Shown here: piece after piece, positions 26,939-36,430 of the stretch
How the letters are laid out: every line of letters starts with the position of its first letter
How positions within the stretch are numbered: the first letter of the stretch is position 1
Assembly: GCA_964570965.1 (NCBI GenBank)
Contig: CAZNAX010000002.1
Span: 20,095 to 84,094 of the forward strand
DNA length: 64,000 bases
Origin: an uncultured Desulfatibacillum sp.
GTDB taxonomy: Bacteria; Desulfobacterota; Desulfobacteria; Desulfobacterales; SpSt-501
Direction: 5' to 3'
Translations under genes and position numbers: made by a program
Notes under the pieces: model-generated
What the model was told of the DNA's origin: nothing
Seen by the model: only the letters and a program-made list of their open reading frames with translations
The model's database searches: none

Positions 26939-28096
26939 ATGGACTTCAGCCTGCCGTCCGAGCACGAGATTTTAAGAGAGTCGGTTCGTAGTTTCGCCGA
27001 AAACGAGATCCAGCCCGTCGCCAGAGAACTCGATGAAAAAGAGGAATTTTCCTATGATACCATGCAAAAAATGGCAGAATTGGGGCTGTTCGGGGTCTTC
27101 GTCTCTGAGAAATACGGCGGCCAGGGCATGGACTATCTCTCCTACATCATCGCCGTGGAAGAAATTGCGCGGGTGGACGGATCCCACGCTGCCACCGTGG
27201 CAGCGGAAAATTCGCTGGGGATCGGCCCCCTCTATTACTTCGGCAATGAGCAACAGAAGAAGAAATACCTGCCGCTGCTTTGCAAAGGCGATGCGCTCTG
27301 GGGCTTCGGATTGACCGAGCCGAACGCCGGTTCCGATGCCTCCAACTCGAAAACGACCGCCGTACTCGACGGCGATGAGTGGGTGATCAACGGCAGCAAG
27401 ATCTTTATCACCAACGCCGCAACTCGGATCACCACCGGCGTTACGGTGCTGGCGCGCACCGGAGTGCGGGATGACGGGAAGGCCGAACTGTCCTGCATCG
27501 TTGTGGAGGCCGGTACCCGGGGTTTTACCGCCAAACCGATGCACGGCAAGATGATGTGGCGCTCGTCCAATACCGCCGAGCTTTACTTCGAAGACTGTCG
27601 GGTCCCCAGGGACAACCTGCTGGGGCCCAGAGGACACGGATTCCACCAGATGATGCAGACGCTGGACGGCGGACGGCTTTCCATCGCCGCCATGGGCTTG
27701 GGCGGCGCTCAGGGCTGTTTCGACCGGGCAGCGCGTTATACCAACGAACGTGAGCAGTTCGGCCGCCCCATCGCCACTTTTCAGGCCAGTGCCTTCAAAC
27801 TGGCGGACATGGCGATGGAAATCGAGTGCGCACGTCTGCTGCTCTACAAAGCGTGCTGGCTGCGTGACAATGAAATGGCCTTTTCCAAGGAAGCCGCCAT
27901 GGCCAAGCTATACTGCTCCGAGGTCATGTACCGCTGCGCGAATCACGCCGTGCAGCTGCACGGCGGCTACGGCCTGATGAAGGAATATGACGTGGAGCGC
28001 TTTTACCGCGACCAGAAGCTTCTGGAAATCGGTGAAGGCACCTCGGAAGTGCAGCGCATCGTCATCGCTCGCCACATCGGCGCGAAATGTTTGTGA
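26939..28096 (+). CDS. Acyl-CoA dehydrogenase (short/branched-chain type)
   Basis: 385 aa. Motifs GLTEPNAGSDA, FITNA, QLHGGYGLMKEYDVERFYRD and IGEGTSEVQR. Confidence 0.9.
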   Translation: MDFSLPSEHEILRESVRSFAENEIQPVARELDEKEEFSYDTMQKMAELGLFGVFVSEKYGGQGMDYLSYIIAVEEIARVDGSHAATVAAENSLGIGPLYYFGNEQQKKKYLPLLCKGDALWGFGLTEPNAGSDASNSKTTAVLDGDEWVINGSKIFITNAATRITTGVTVLARTGVRDDGKAELSCIVVEAGTRGFTAKPMHGKMMWRSSNTAELYFEDCRVPRDNLLGPRGHGFHQMMQTLDGGRLSIAAMGLGGAQGCFDRAARYTNEREQFGRPIATFQASAFKLADMAMEIECARLLLYKACWLRDNEMAFSKEAAMAKLYCSEVMYRCANHAVQLHGGYGLMKEYDVERFYRDQKLLEIGEGTSEVQRIVIARHIGAKCL

Positions 28097-28110
28097 AAAG
28101 GAGCCCTTCT

Positions 28111-28749
28111 ATGACTACCAAGGATCAAAAATCGGTATTCGAAATTGACTTTTTTGAGAACCTGACGGGCGCCATTGCTGCTCCCTCTGCCAAGGACATC
28201 GAAGACATCGGGGCGCGTATTCGAGTCATCCGGGAGGAGAAGGGCGTAACGCTGGAGGAGTTGTCTCAGCTCACCGGTTTCGAGGTGGCTTTCCTCGCGG
28301 GGATTGAGAACAGCCAGATCCAGCCGCAACTGGGAACCATGATCAAGCTTTCCAAGGCGCTCGACAGCGCATTCGGCCGCTTGGTTTCGGGAACCGGAGA
28401 CAAGCTTTATTCCATCACCCGCAAGGGCGAGCGTCTGGCCACCGCACGGTCTACCTCTGCCACCGGCAAGAAACACCTCTATAGCTATAAAAGTCTCGCG
28501 CCGGGGGTTAAGGGCCGCCATATGGAGGCGTTCCTGGTCCAGCTACTTTCCGCGACCGAGAAGGATATTTCCATACATGACGGCGAGGAGTTTGTCTTCG
28601 TCTTGGACGGGACGGTGCTGCTTGAAATCGGAGGCGAGCGCCTCGAACTTGAGCCCGGCGACAGCGCCTACTACCTGGGCACCTCTCCGCATATCATTTC
28701 AGCCAAAGAAAACCGGGCGACGATTTTGGCTGTGCTTTACCAAGGATGA
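28111..28749 (+). CDS. XRE-family HTH regulator with C-terminal cupin domain
   Basis: ATG at 28111 after AAGGAG. The HTH is IRVIREEKGVTLEELSQLTGFEVAFLAGIENSQ. The cupin segment is HDGEEFVFVLDGTVLLEIGGERLELEPGDSAY. Confidence 0.8.
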   Translation: MTTKDQKSVFEIDFFENLTGAIAAPSAKDIEDIGARIRVIREEKGVTLEELSQLTGFEVAFLAGIENSQIQPQLGTMIKLSKALDSAFGRLVSGTGDKLYSITRKGERLATARSTSATGKKHLYSYKSLAPGVKGRHMEAFLVQLLSATEKDISIHDGEEFVFVLDGTVLLEIGGERLELEPGDSAYYLGTSPHIISAKENRATILAVLYQG

Positions 28750-28848
28750 GGATAGAGATAAGCCTCCTTGCACTGATTGCAAGAACAAGCTGCACGTTGC
28801 CGGTGCCGTCTTCTCGGTCATCAACTCTGGCAGCCCTCGATCCCCCAC

Positions 28849-29802
28849 CTAGTGACTCGCCCGGCAGACCGCCGCGGCCAGCTTCGGGTCGCGCGGTCCG
28901 CTTTTCATGACCTGCCCGAACAGGGTCCGTCCGAGGATGGTTTCCAGGCGCAGAGCGGCTTCAATGAGCTTCATCAAATCGATGCCGGTGTCGCAGCCCA
29001 TGTCCTCCAACATGTAAACCACATCCTCGGTGGCCAAATTCCCAGCAGTTTGGGGCACGTTCGGACAGCCGCCGATCCCGCCTATGGCCGCGTCGAACGT
29101 ATTGGCGCCGACCTCCAGAGCGGCGTACAGATTAGCCATGGCCGTGCCGCGGTTATTGTGAAAATGCAATGAATAGGGGGTGTCCGGAAACCGGCGGGCG
29201 AATCCCTTCACCCGCCGCGTCACACGCGGCGGCGTGGCCATGCCGGTGGTGTCCGCCAGGATCACCGAGTCAGCGCCGCCGGATATGCAGGCGTCCGCGA
29301 GCCGGAGCACATCATCTTCCGGCACGTCGCCCTGATAGGGGCATCCGAAGGCCACGGCGATGGAGCCAACCACGGGTTTCCCGCGCTCTCGAGCCAGTTC
29401 GAAAATGGCTCTCAGATCGGACAGCGACTCGTCAATGGTCCGCCGGACGTTTGCCAGGTTGTGCGCGTCGCTGGCAGAGATCACGACCACCAGTTTGTCC
29501 GCGCCGCTGTCCAGGGCGAGCGCCGCTCCCTTAACATTGGGAACGAGGGGGCAGTGGATGCAGCCGGCCCGCGGCACCCTGGCCAGAACCTCGGCCGCAT
29601 CCCGCATCTGGGGGACAGCCTTCGGGCTGACGAACGACGTGGTCTCCATCTCTTCAACCCCGGCTTGGATCAGCATCCGGATGATTTCCAGTTTTCGCTC
29701 CGTTGGGACAAACTCCGGCCAGGACTGAAATCCGTCCCGCGGTCCCACTTCTCGAATCCGGATTTTTCTTGCAGCAAACATATCCTGAACCTCCTCGCTC
29801 AT
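28849..29802 (-). CDS. Hydroxymethylglutaryl-CoA lyase (HMGL-like TIM barrel)
   Basis: 317 aa. Motifs IREVGPRDGFQ, LADTTGMATP, HFHNNRGTAMAN and GIGGCP. Confidence 0.85.
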   Translation of the reverse strand: MSEEVQDMFAARKIRIREVGPRDGFQSWPEFVPTERKLEIIRMLIQAGVEEMETTSFVSPKAVPQMRDAAEVLARVPRAGCIHCPLVPNVKGAALALDSGADKLVVVISASDAHNLANVRRTIDESLSDLRAIFELARERGKPVVGSIAVAFGCPYQGDVPEDDVLRLADACISGGADSVILADTTGMATPPRVTRRVKGFARRFPDTPYSLHFHNNRGTAMANLYAALEVGANTFDAAIGGIGGCPNVPQTAGNLATEDVVYMLEDMGCDTGIDLMKLIEAALRLETILGRTLFGQVMKSGPRDPKLAAAVCRASH

Positions 29803-29825
29803 CGGCCGGACTCGCAGCCCTCGAA

Positions 29826-30899
29826 TCAGCCTGCGGCGATGTAATTGGTCACCAAATCGCCGACTTCCGTGGTGCTCTTGCCCATTTTTCCAGAGGCCAG
29901 GCTGCGAATATCTCCGGCCACCACCCTTTTTACGGCATTCTCGATGCGAGCGGCGGCCGCTGCCTGCCCAAGGTGGTCAAGCATGATCCCTGCCGCACCG
30001 ATGGCGGCAAGGGGATTGATGGCATTCTGTCCGGTGTACTTGGGGGCCGAGCCGCCGATGGGTTCGAACATGGACACGCCGGTCGGGTTGATGTTGCCGC
30101 CGGCTGCGATGCCGAGGCCGCCCTGGATGATGGCGCCGATATCCGTGATGATGTCGCCGAACATGTTGTCCGTGACGATCACATCGAACCATTCGGGGTT
30201 TTTGATCATCCACATGCTGACCGCGTCCACGTGGCCATAGTCGGTCTTGACGTCTGGGTATTCGGCCGCCACTTCGCGGAAAACCCGCTCCCAGAGGTCG
30301 AACGCATAGGTCAGGACATTGGTCTTTCCGCACAGGGTCAGTTTTTTGCGCTGGTCGCGCTTTCGACAATAGTCGAAGGCGTAGCGCAGGCAGCGTTCGA
30401 CACCGAACCGGGTGTTGATCGATTCCTGGATCGCCACTTCGTGAGGAGTTCCCTTTTTCAGGAACCCTCCGCCGCCGGTGTAGAGCCCTTCGGTGTTTTC
30501 CCGGACGACCACGAAATTGATATCTGCCGGGCCCTTATCCTTCAGGGGGGTTTCCACCCCCGGGAATAGCACCACCGGTCGCAGGTTGATGTACTGGTCC
30601 AGGCGGAAGCGCAGTTCCAACAGCAGCCCTTTTTCCAGTATTCCAGGTTTCACCTCCGGGTGGCCGATCGCCCCCAGAAGGATGGCGTCCACCCGGGCGA
30701 GCTCGGTGAAGACCGTTTCGGGAAGGATCTCCCCAGTTTTGAGATAACGCTCTCCGCCGAGGTCGTAGTGCTGAAGATCGAAGCGAAGGTTTTCACGCGC
30801 CCCGACGGCCTTTAGCGCCTTGAGGGCCTCATGGATGACTTCCGGTCCGGTCCCGTCCCCGGGGATGACGGCGATTCGGTACGATGAGGATTGGGCCAT
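29826..30899 (-). CDS. Isopropylmalate/tartrate dehydrogenase family oxidoreductase
   Basis: 357 aa. Motifs YRIAVIPGDGTGPEV, VVVRENTEGLY, DNMFGDIITD and GSAPKY. Confidence 0.85.
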   Translation of the reverse strand: MAQSSSYRIAVIPGDGTGPEVIHEALKALKAVGARENLRFDLQHYDLGGERYLKTGEILPETVFTELARVDAILLGAIGHPEVKPGILEKGLLLELRFRLDQYINLRPVVLFPGVETPLKDKGPADINFVVVRENTEGLYTGGGGFLKKGTPHEVAIQESINTRFGVERCLRYAFDYCRKRDQRKKLTLCGKTNVLTYAFDLWERVFREVAAEYPDVKTDYGHVDAVSMWMIKNPEWFDVIVTDNMFGDIITDIGAIIQGGLGIAAGGNINPTGVSMFEPIGGSAPKYTGQNAINPLAAIGAAGIMLDHLGQAAAAARIENAVKRVVAGDIRSLASGKMGKSTTEVGDLVTNYIAAG

Positions 30900-30917
30900 G
30901 AATGAACTCGCTTTCTT

Positions 30918-31154
30918 TTATTTCGGATTAACAAGCGTCCTGTTTGCGCTGGCGGCGTACGTAGGGACCAGGCCGCCGGCCTTCAGCGGCTCCCGCATGA
31001 AGGGCGGGAGGGCCTTTAAAGCCCGGATCGACACGGGGCCGGTGATGGCATTGGCAAAAAAGAAGTCCAGGCGCGCTTGGATGAGAGCTCCGGGTTTTGC
31101 CTCGGAGGGGTCGCTGTGGGCGGCCAGGATCTTTTCACTGATGCTCATCGGCAT
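30918..31154 (-). pseudogene. N-terminal stub of an aconitase-family dehydratase large subunit (LeuC/HacA-like)
   Basis: MSISEKILAAHS...KPGALIQARLDFFFANAITGPVSI matches the first ~55 residues of LeuC-type proteins (~420 aa). The ORF stops after 78 codons, 19 nt before the dehydrogenase gene. Confidence 0.55.
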
Positions 31155-31543
31155 GTCGGCTCTCCCGGCAGGGGGTGGCTGCTTTCAGGACGGCAAAGGT
31201 GCGTTGCGGAGGTAGGGGGGCATGAAAGGAGATGGAGGCTCGATAAATGTAACAGTCTCCCCGGTCGTATATGTGGGTGGCCACCACAGGCTGGTGATAT
31301 ATATTCATGCGGACCTTAGTTTATCCCCGGTTCGCATGTCAAGCCCCAACCTAACGTCCGGCCGGTTGAGAGCCTGCGTTTCTCCGGATTGAGGCATTCG
31401 CTGAAGGCTGCCCGCGATGGTTTCCTGATAGCGGGGCCTTATGGGGACGGAGGCAAACAAGGACTTGAAAAATGCGAGCGACGGCCATACGTTCTTCTTC
31501 AATTTGATCATTCCGGTTTCATACCTCTACTGGAGAAACAGCC

Positions 31544-34500
31544 ATGATCCGGTTCGTAAAAATATGCGTGGGGTTTCTGGTTGCCGTGCTGGTCGGCGCC
31601 GGGGCGTTGGGTGCGTCGGAAATCGGCGCCCAACTGCAGCTGGATGTCAAGGAGTTCTCTTTGAAGAACGGGATGATGTTCCTGGTCGTGCAGCGGCCGG
31701 CGACACCCCAGGTGGCGGTTCGTTTGGCGATACGCGCCGGAGCCGCCCTGGAGGAGAGCGGCAAGACCGGCATTGCCCACATGCTGGAGCACATGATGTT
31801 CAAGGGCACCAAGAACTTCGGCTCGACCGATTATGAGAAGGATGCCGAACTACAGGTGCGGATAGATGCGGCGTACGATCAAGTTCAGGCCGAACAAGCC
31901 AAACGCACGCCCGACCTTCAGGTGGTTCGGGAAAAGCTCGCGGAGATGGAGCGCTTGCGGCTGGAGGCACAGAAACTCTACATCCCGCAGGTCTTTTCCT
32001 CCCAGCTCGGAAAAAACGGGGCGGTCGGCGTCAACGCCTTCACCAGCCATGACCAGACCCAGTACATCGCCTCCGTGCCGTCCGACATGATCGAGCAATG
32101 GTTTGCGATCATCAGCGAACAGCTGTTCGAGCCCTCCTGGCGTGAATTTTACGTTGAAAAGGAGGTCGTGCAGCGCGAATGGGCCTTCCGTTACATCAAC
32201 AATCCGGAAGGCGCGGCCTGGCTCGACCTTTATGCCACCGCCTACACCGCGCACCCCTACCGCAATCCCGTCATCGGTTGGAGGTCTGACATGGAGCGCT
32301 TCCACACCCGGGATGCCAGGGAATACCACTCAAAATACTATCATCCGGCCAATGCGGTCTGTGTCTTGGCGGGGGATGTGACGCTGGCCGAAGCCCGTCG
32401 GCTGGCCGAAATCTATTTCGAGCGCTATCCGGCCGGCCGGCGGTCCCCGGAGGTGGTCACCGCAGAGCCGCCCCAGCAGGGACCGCGCAGGAGCGTACGC
32501 TTTCTGGAGGGGGGGCGCACGCCGGTGGTTCGCATCGGCTTCCACGGCGCGCGGATGAATACCCCCGACTTTTTTGCCTTGGATGCCCTGACCATGGTCC
32601 TGAGCCAGGGGCGCAGTGCCCGGATGACTCAGAACATTGTCGAGCAGGGCTTGGCGGTTGACGCCTGGGCCGGGAACCCCGACCATCGCTACGGCGGCAT
32701 GCTGATCCTGGGCGGGTCCCCCCACGAGTCCTCGGAATTGAAGCAGCCGGGCGTCACCGAGGGCGATCAACGCGCCGCCTATCTGGCGGCGTGCGAATCG
32801 CTGGAGCGGGTTCTGCTCGCCGAACTGGAAAAGCTTAAAACGGACTTGGTCGCTCCCCAGGAACTCGAGCGTCTGAAGAAGCTCAACCGACGCGATGTCA
32901 TCGACCGGCTGCGCACCAACGAAAGCGTTGCCGGGACCCTGGCCACGTTGGAGGTGCAGGCCGGGTGGCGTTATCTCAACGACTACCTGAGCAAGATCGA
33001 GGCGGTCTCCCCGGAGGACATCCGGCGCGTTGCACGGGAGTACGGCCGGTCCGGGAACCAAACGACGAGTTTTGTGATCCCCGGCGGAGCGGCGAGTCGC
33101 CCGCCCGAGGCCTACACCGAGGTCCGTTCGATCAGCGGCAGCGCCGCCGGGGGGCGCGAGCTTTACCGGGGGGCGCTTCAGAATCATTCGATTTATCCAA
33201 CGCCCTCCGGCTGGAAACACCCGTTGTCTTTCGACCGCCATCCGCATCGGATTGATTATCCCGAAGCCGTTCAGATGGCGATCGGAGGCGCCAAGGTGTT
33301 TTATCTGCCCGACGCCGAGTTACCGCTCATCGACATGACGATTTACCTCAGAGCCGGTGCGGTCGATCTGCAGGATTCCGAGGCGGGTTTGACGGACCTC
33401 CTGGAAGGCACGATCATCCGGGGCGGAACCGAGGGCCACACCCCGGTCGAGTTGGCCATGCTCCTTGATGACAACGCCATCAAAATGGGCGTGGACATCG
33501 GATTGGAAGAAACCACCGTCAAGCTCTCTGTGATGTCTTCCGACTGGGAGAGAGGGCTCGATATCCTGCAGGAGGTTCTCACTCGGCCGCGCTTCGAGGC
33601 GAAGGTCCTTGAGGTGGCCAAACAACAGGAGTTGGCCAATTTGAGGCGGCAGGGTGAGGATGCACAGGCCGTGGCGATGCGGGAGGGCTTGATCCTGCAT
33701 TTTAAAAAACATCCCTATGGCCGGGACCCTTTGGCGGCGCTGGACACCGTTCCGGACATCACGCGCGACGCCATGGCTCGTTTTCTCACCGCCCGCTTTG
33801 TTCCTGCCAACATGGTGGTCGCGATCTCAGGCGATATCCAACCCGACCGGGTGCGACAGACCCTGGAGCGGTTCATCGCCGGGTGGCCGGCCAGCGTGCC
33901 GCCGCCGCGGCAGACCCCCGATCCGACCGCCACCCCCTCCACGGTCGCGTTGATTCATAAACCTGGACAGGTTCAGTCCAATGTCGTGGCGATACTTCCC
34001 GGTCTTACCCGCGCCCATCCCGAGTTTTGGAAGTCGAACCTGCTGATGAGCATTTTCGGCGGGAACGATTCGCTGATGTACACCCGGCTCCGGGATGATC
34101 TCGGATACGTTTATTCGGCCGGATTCTATCAAACGGCGAAATGGCAGGCCGGACTTCTCGTCGGAATCATCGGCTGCAAAGGGGACAGGGCTGCGGATGC
34201 CATCCGTGAAACGGTCAACATCATGAATTTGCTGCATCATGGAGTTCCCGACCGCGAGCTCGAGCTCAAACGGCTGGACACTTTGAACAGCTTCGTCTTC
34301 AACGTGGATACCAAAATGGAATTGGTGCAGGCCTACAGCCGCTATGCGATGCGCCGGGAGCCGCTTGACACGCTGAATCGGATTCAGGACGCTTTTTTCA
34401 GCAGCACTCGAGATGAACTGCAGAATATCGCGCGCCAGTTGCTCGATGCGCGCAAGATTCAGATCGTTGTCGTAGCCGACAAAACGATTCCGGTCTCCAA

Positions 34501-34591
34501 ACCTGACGGTCGGATGATAACGCTCGAAGACGACCTGAAAGCCCTGTCGCAGATCCTGGCCCTTCCGTTTCAGGAGATTCCGCTGCGTTAA
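31544..34591 (+). CDS. Secreted M16 (insulinase/pitrilysin) family zinc peptidase, double-length
   Basis: 1015 aa. Signal-like N-terminus MIRFVKICVGFLVAVLVGAGALGA and the inverted zinc motif HMLEHMMFKGT (HxxEH). The second half repeats the M16 fold without HxxEH. Confidence 0.85.
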   Translation: MIRFVKICVGFLVAVLVGAGALGASEIGAQLQLDVKEFSLKNGMMFLVVQRPATPQVAVRLAIRAGAALEESGKTGIAHMLEHMMFKGTKNFGSTDYEKDAELQVRIDAAYDQVQAEQAKRTPDLQVVREKLAEMERLRLEAQKLYIPQVFSSQLGKNGAVGVNAFTSHDQTQYIASVPSDMIEQWFAIISEQLFEPSWREFYVEKEVVQREWAFRYINNPEGAAWLDLYATAYTAHPYRNPVIGWRSDMERFHTRDAREYHSKYYHPANAVCVLAGDVTLAEARRLAEIYFERYPAGRRSPEVVTAEPPQQGPRRSVRFLEGGRTPVVRIGFHGARMNTPDFFALDALTMVLSQGRSARMTQNIVEQGLAVDAWAGNPDHRYGGMLILGGSPHESSELKQPGVTEGDQRAAYLAACESLERVLLAELEKLKTDLVAPQELERLKKLNRRDVIDRLRTNESVAGTLATLEVQAGWRYLNDYLSKIEAVSPEDIRRVAREYGRSGNQTTSFVIPGGAASRPPEAYTEVRSISGSAAGGRELYRGALQNHSIYPTPSGWKHPLSFDRHPHRIDYPEAVQMAIGGAKVFYLPDAELPLIDMTIYLRAGAVDLQDSEAGLTDLLEGTIIRGGTEGHTPVELAMLLDDNAIKMGVDIGLEETTVKLSVMSSDWERGLDILQEVLTRPRFEAKVLEVAKQQELANLRRQGEDAQAVAMREGLILHFKKHPYGRDPLAALDTVPDITRDAMARFLTARFVPANMVVAISGDIQPDRVRQTLERFIAGWPASVPPPRQTPDPTATPSTVALIHKPGQVQSNVVAILPGLTRAHPEFWKSNLLMSIFGGNDSLMYTRLRDDLGYVYSAGFYQTAKWQAGLLVGIIGCKGDRAADAIRETVNIMNLLHHGVPDRELELKRLDTLNSFVFNVDTKMELVQAYSRYAMRREPLDTLNRIQDAFFSSTRDELQNIARQLLDARKIQIVVVADKTIPVSKPDGRMITLEDDLKALSQILALPFQEIPLR

Positions 34592-34777
34592 TTTTTCTTG
34601 CAGTTCCAAGAGGTTGGTGTTAGAATTGAACGAAAATCAAGGCCCTGTTCCTTCCTCCGGCACGGCTTCCTTCCCATCGGCCGTGCACCGTTCTGAATGG
34701 TAGAAGCTGAAAATCCGACGCACCGCCGCCTTCGGGGACGGGCGAGTGGGTTTTTTAGAAAAGGAAGGCAGGGCATC

Positions 34778-36373
34778 ATGGAACCATCAGCCGAGGATAC
34801 TTCATCCGGTCGGGTACCACTCGGAGCTCCAGACTTTTTGCCCCCGATAGCAGTCCCTTCTCTGGATTTTTTGTTCCAGCAAATGGCGGCCACGATCCAG
34901 GAGGTGTTCTGGGTCAGCCCGCCGGACCTGAGCTCGCTTCTGTTCGCCAGCCCTGGCTTCGAGCGCGTTTGGGGGCAGCCGTGGGACCAAGCGCCAGGAC
35001 CACCGGCCGCGATCGTCGGGGCCGCCCATCCGGAGGATCTGCCCCGGATACTGAATGAAATCCGTTCGGTTCGCGACGCCCCACGGTACATTGAGTACCG
35101 GATCCTTCGGCCGGACGGCGGCATTCGCTGGATTCGCAACCGAGTACGGGGTGTCCATGATGGTTCCGGCCGATTGGCGATGCTGGTGGGAGCGGCGGCC
35201 GATATCACTGAACGCAAGCTCTTTCAGAAGTCCCTGATCGAATCGCATGCCCGCTTGGTAACGGTCCTAGACAGCATCGACGCGGACATCTGTGTGGCCG
35301 ACCTGGACACCCACGAAATCCTTTTCGTAAACCGGCACTTGCAAGCAGGCCACGGCCGCGAGCTCAGAGGACGTACATGCTGGGAGATGTTCGGCCGGGA
35401 GAGCGGCCCCTGCGCTCGATGCATCTGCCCGGAGCTGCTCGATCCGGACGGCAAACCCGGAGCCGGGGTTGGCTGGGAAAGCCGCTGCCCGGTCACCGGC
35501 CAATGGCGTCTCAACTACGACCGTGCCATCAAATGGGTGGACGGCCGCTGGGTCCGCCTCCAGATCGCTACGGACATTTCCCGAATCAAACGCCTGGAAA
35601 TGGAGAGCTGCCGAATTCAAAACCGCCTTCAGCAGGCCGAGAAAATGGAGGCCCTTGGGGCGCTGGCCAGCGGGGTTGCTCATGACTTCAACAATATTCT
35701 GACTGCCGTTCTCGGCCATACCGAAATCGCCATGATGGGGGCCGAATCCTCGGCGGCGGTGCAGCGCAATCTGCATCAAGTTTTGAGGGCGGGCCACCGC
35801 GCGCGGGACCTGGTCAAACAGATCCTGACGTTCAGTCGGGAAGCTGATAGCGAATTCCAGTCGATTCAAATCGGCGTCATTGTCGAGGAAGCCCTGAACC
35901 TGATGCGGGCCTCTCTGCCCCCCACGATTACGATCCGCACGCAGCTGCTCAGCCATACGGTCGTCATGGCGGACCCGACCCAGATCCACCAAGTGATCAT
36001 CAACCTGTGCACGAATGCGGCCCACGCCATGCAGGAAAAAGGCGGCGAGCTTTTCATCGGTCTTGAAGACTTTCACCCCGATCCGGCATTTTTATGCGAA
36101 CATCCTGGACTGCGTCCCGGCGCCTGCCAGAAGCTCATTGTTCGAGACACGGGGCACGGCATTCCTCCCCGCACGCTGACGCGCATTTTCGAGCCGTTTT
36201 TTACCACCAAGCCAGGTGGGGAGGGGACCGGAATGGGATTGGCGGTGGTATCCGGGATCGTCAAGAGCCACCAGGGGGCCATTGACGTTGAGAGCGAGAT
36301 CGGGAAAGGCACCACGTTCAGGGTGTGTTTGCCGAACGCTCACGCCGGCCATAATGCCCATGCTTCGACGTAA
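34778..36373 (+). CDS. PAS-domain sensor histidine kinase (no adjacent response regulator)
   Basis: ATG at 34778. Two PAS-like segments, the second Cys-rich (TCWEMFGRESGPCARCICPE). H-box VAHDFNNILTAV and G-boxes DTGHGIP and GTGMGLAVV. Confidence 0.85.
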   Translation: MEPSAEDTSSGRVPLGAPDFLPPIAVPSLDFLFQQMAATIQEVFWVSPPDLSSLLFASPGFERVWGQPWDQAPGPPAAIVGAAHPEDLPRILNEIRSVRDAPRYIEYRILRPDGGIRWIRNRVRGVHDGSGRLAMLVGAAADITERKLFQKSLIESHARLVTVLDSIDADICVADLDTHEILFVNRHLQAGHGRELRGRTCWEMFGRESGPCARCICPELLDPDGKPGAGVGWESRCPVTGQWRLNYDRAIKWVDGRWVRLQIATDISRIKRLEMESCRIQNRLQQAEKMEALGALASGVAHDFNNILTAVLGHTEIAMMGAESSAAVQRNLHQVLRAGHRARDLVKQILTFSREADSEFQSIQIGVIVEEALNLMRASLPPTITIRTQLLSHTVVMADPTQIHQVIINLCTNAAHAMQEKGGELFIGLEDFHPDPAFLCEHPGLRPGACQKLIVRDTGHGIPPRTLTRIFEPFFTTKPGGEGTGMGLAVVSGIVKSHQGAIDVESEIGKGTTFRVCLPNAHAGHNAHAST

Positions 36374-36430
36374 GCCGGCGCCGATGGTGTCCTGCATCCG
36401 GAATTGAGGCCGGAGCAGGCCTCTTCCCTC

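Noticed and set aside
28750-28848. Short palindrome CTTGCA-ctgat-TGCAAG between the convergent XRE-cupin and HMG-CoA lyase genes, considered as a bidirectional terminator
   Set aside because: The stem is only 6 bp with no flanking T/A tracts, which is too weak to call.
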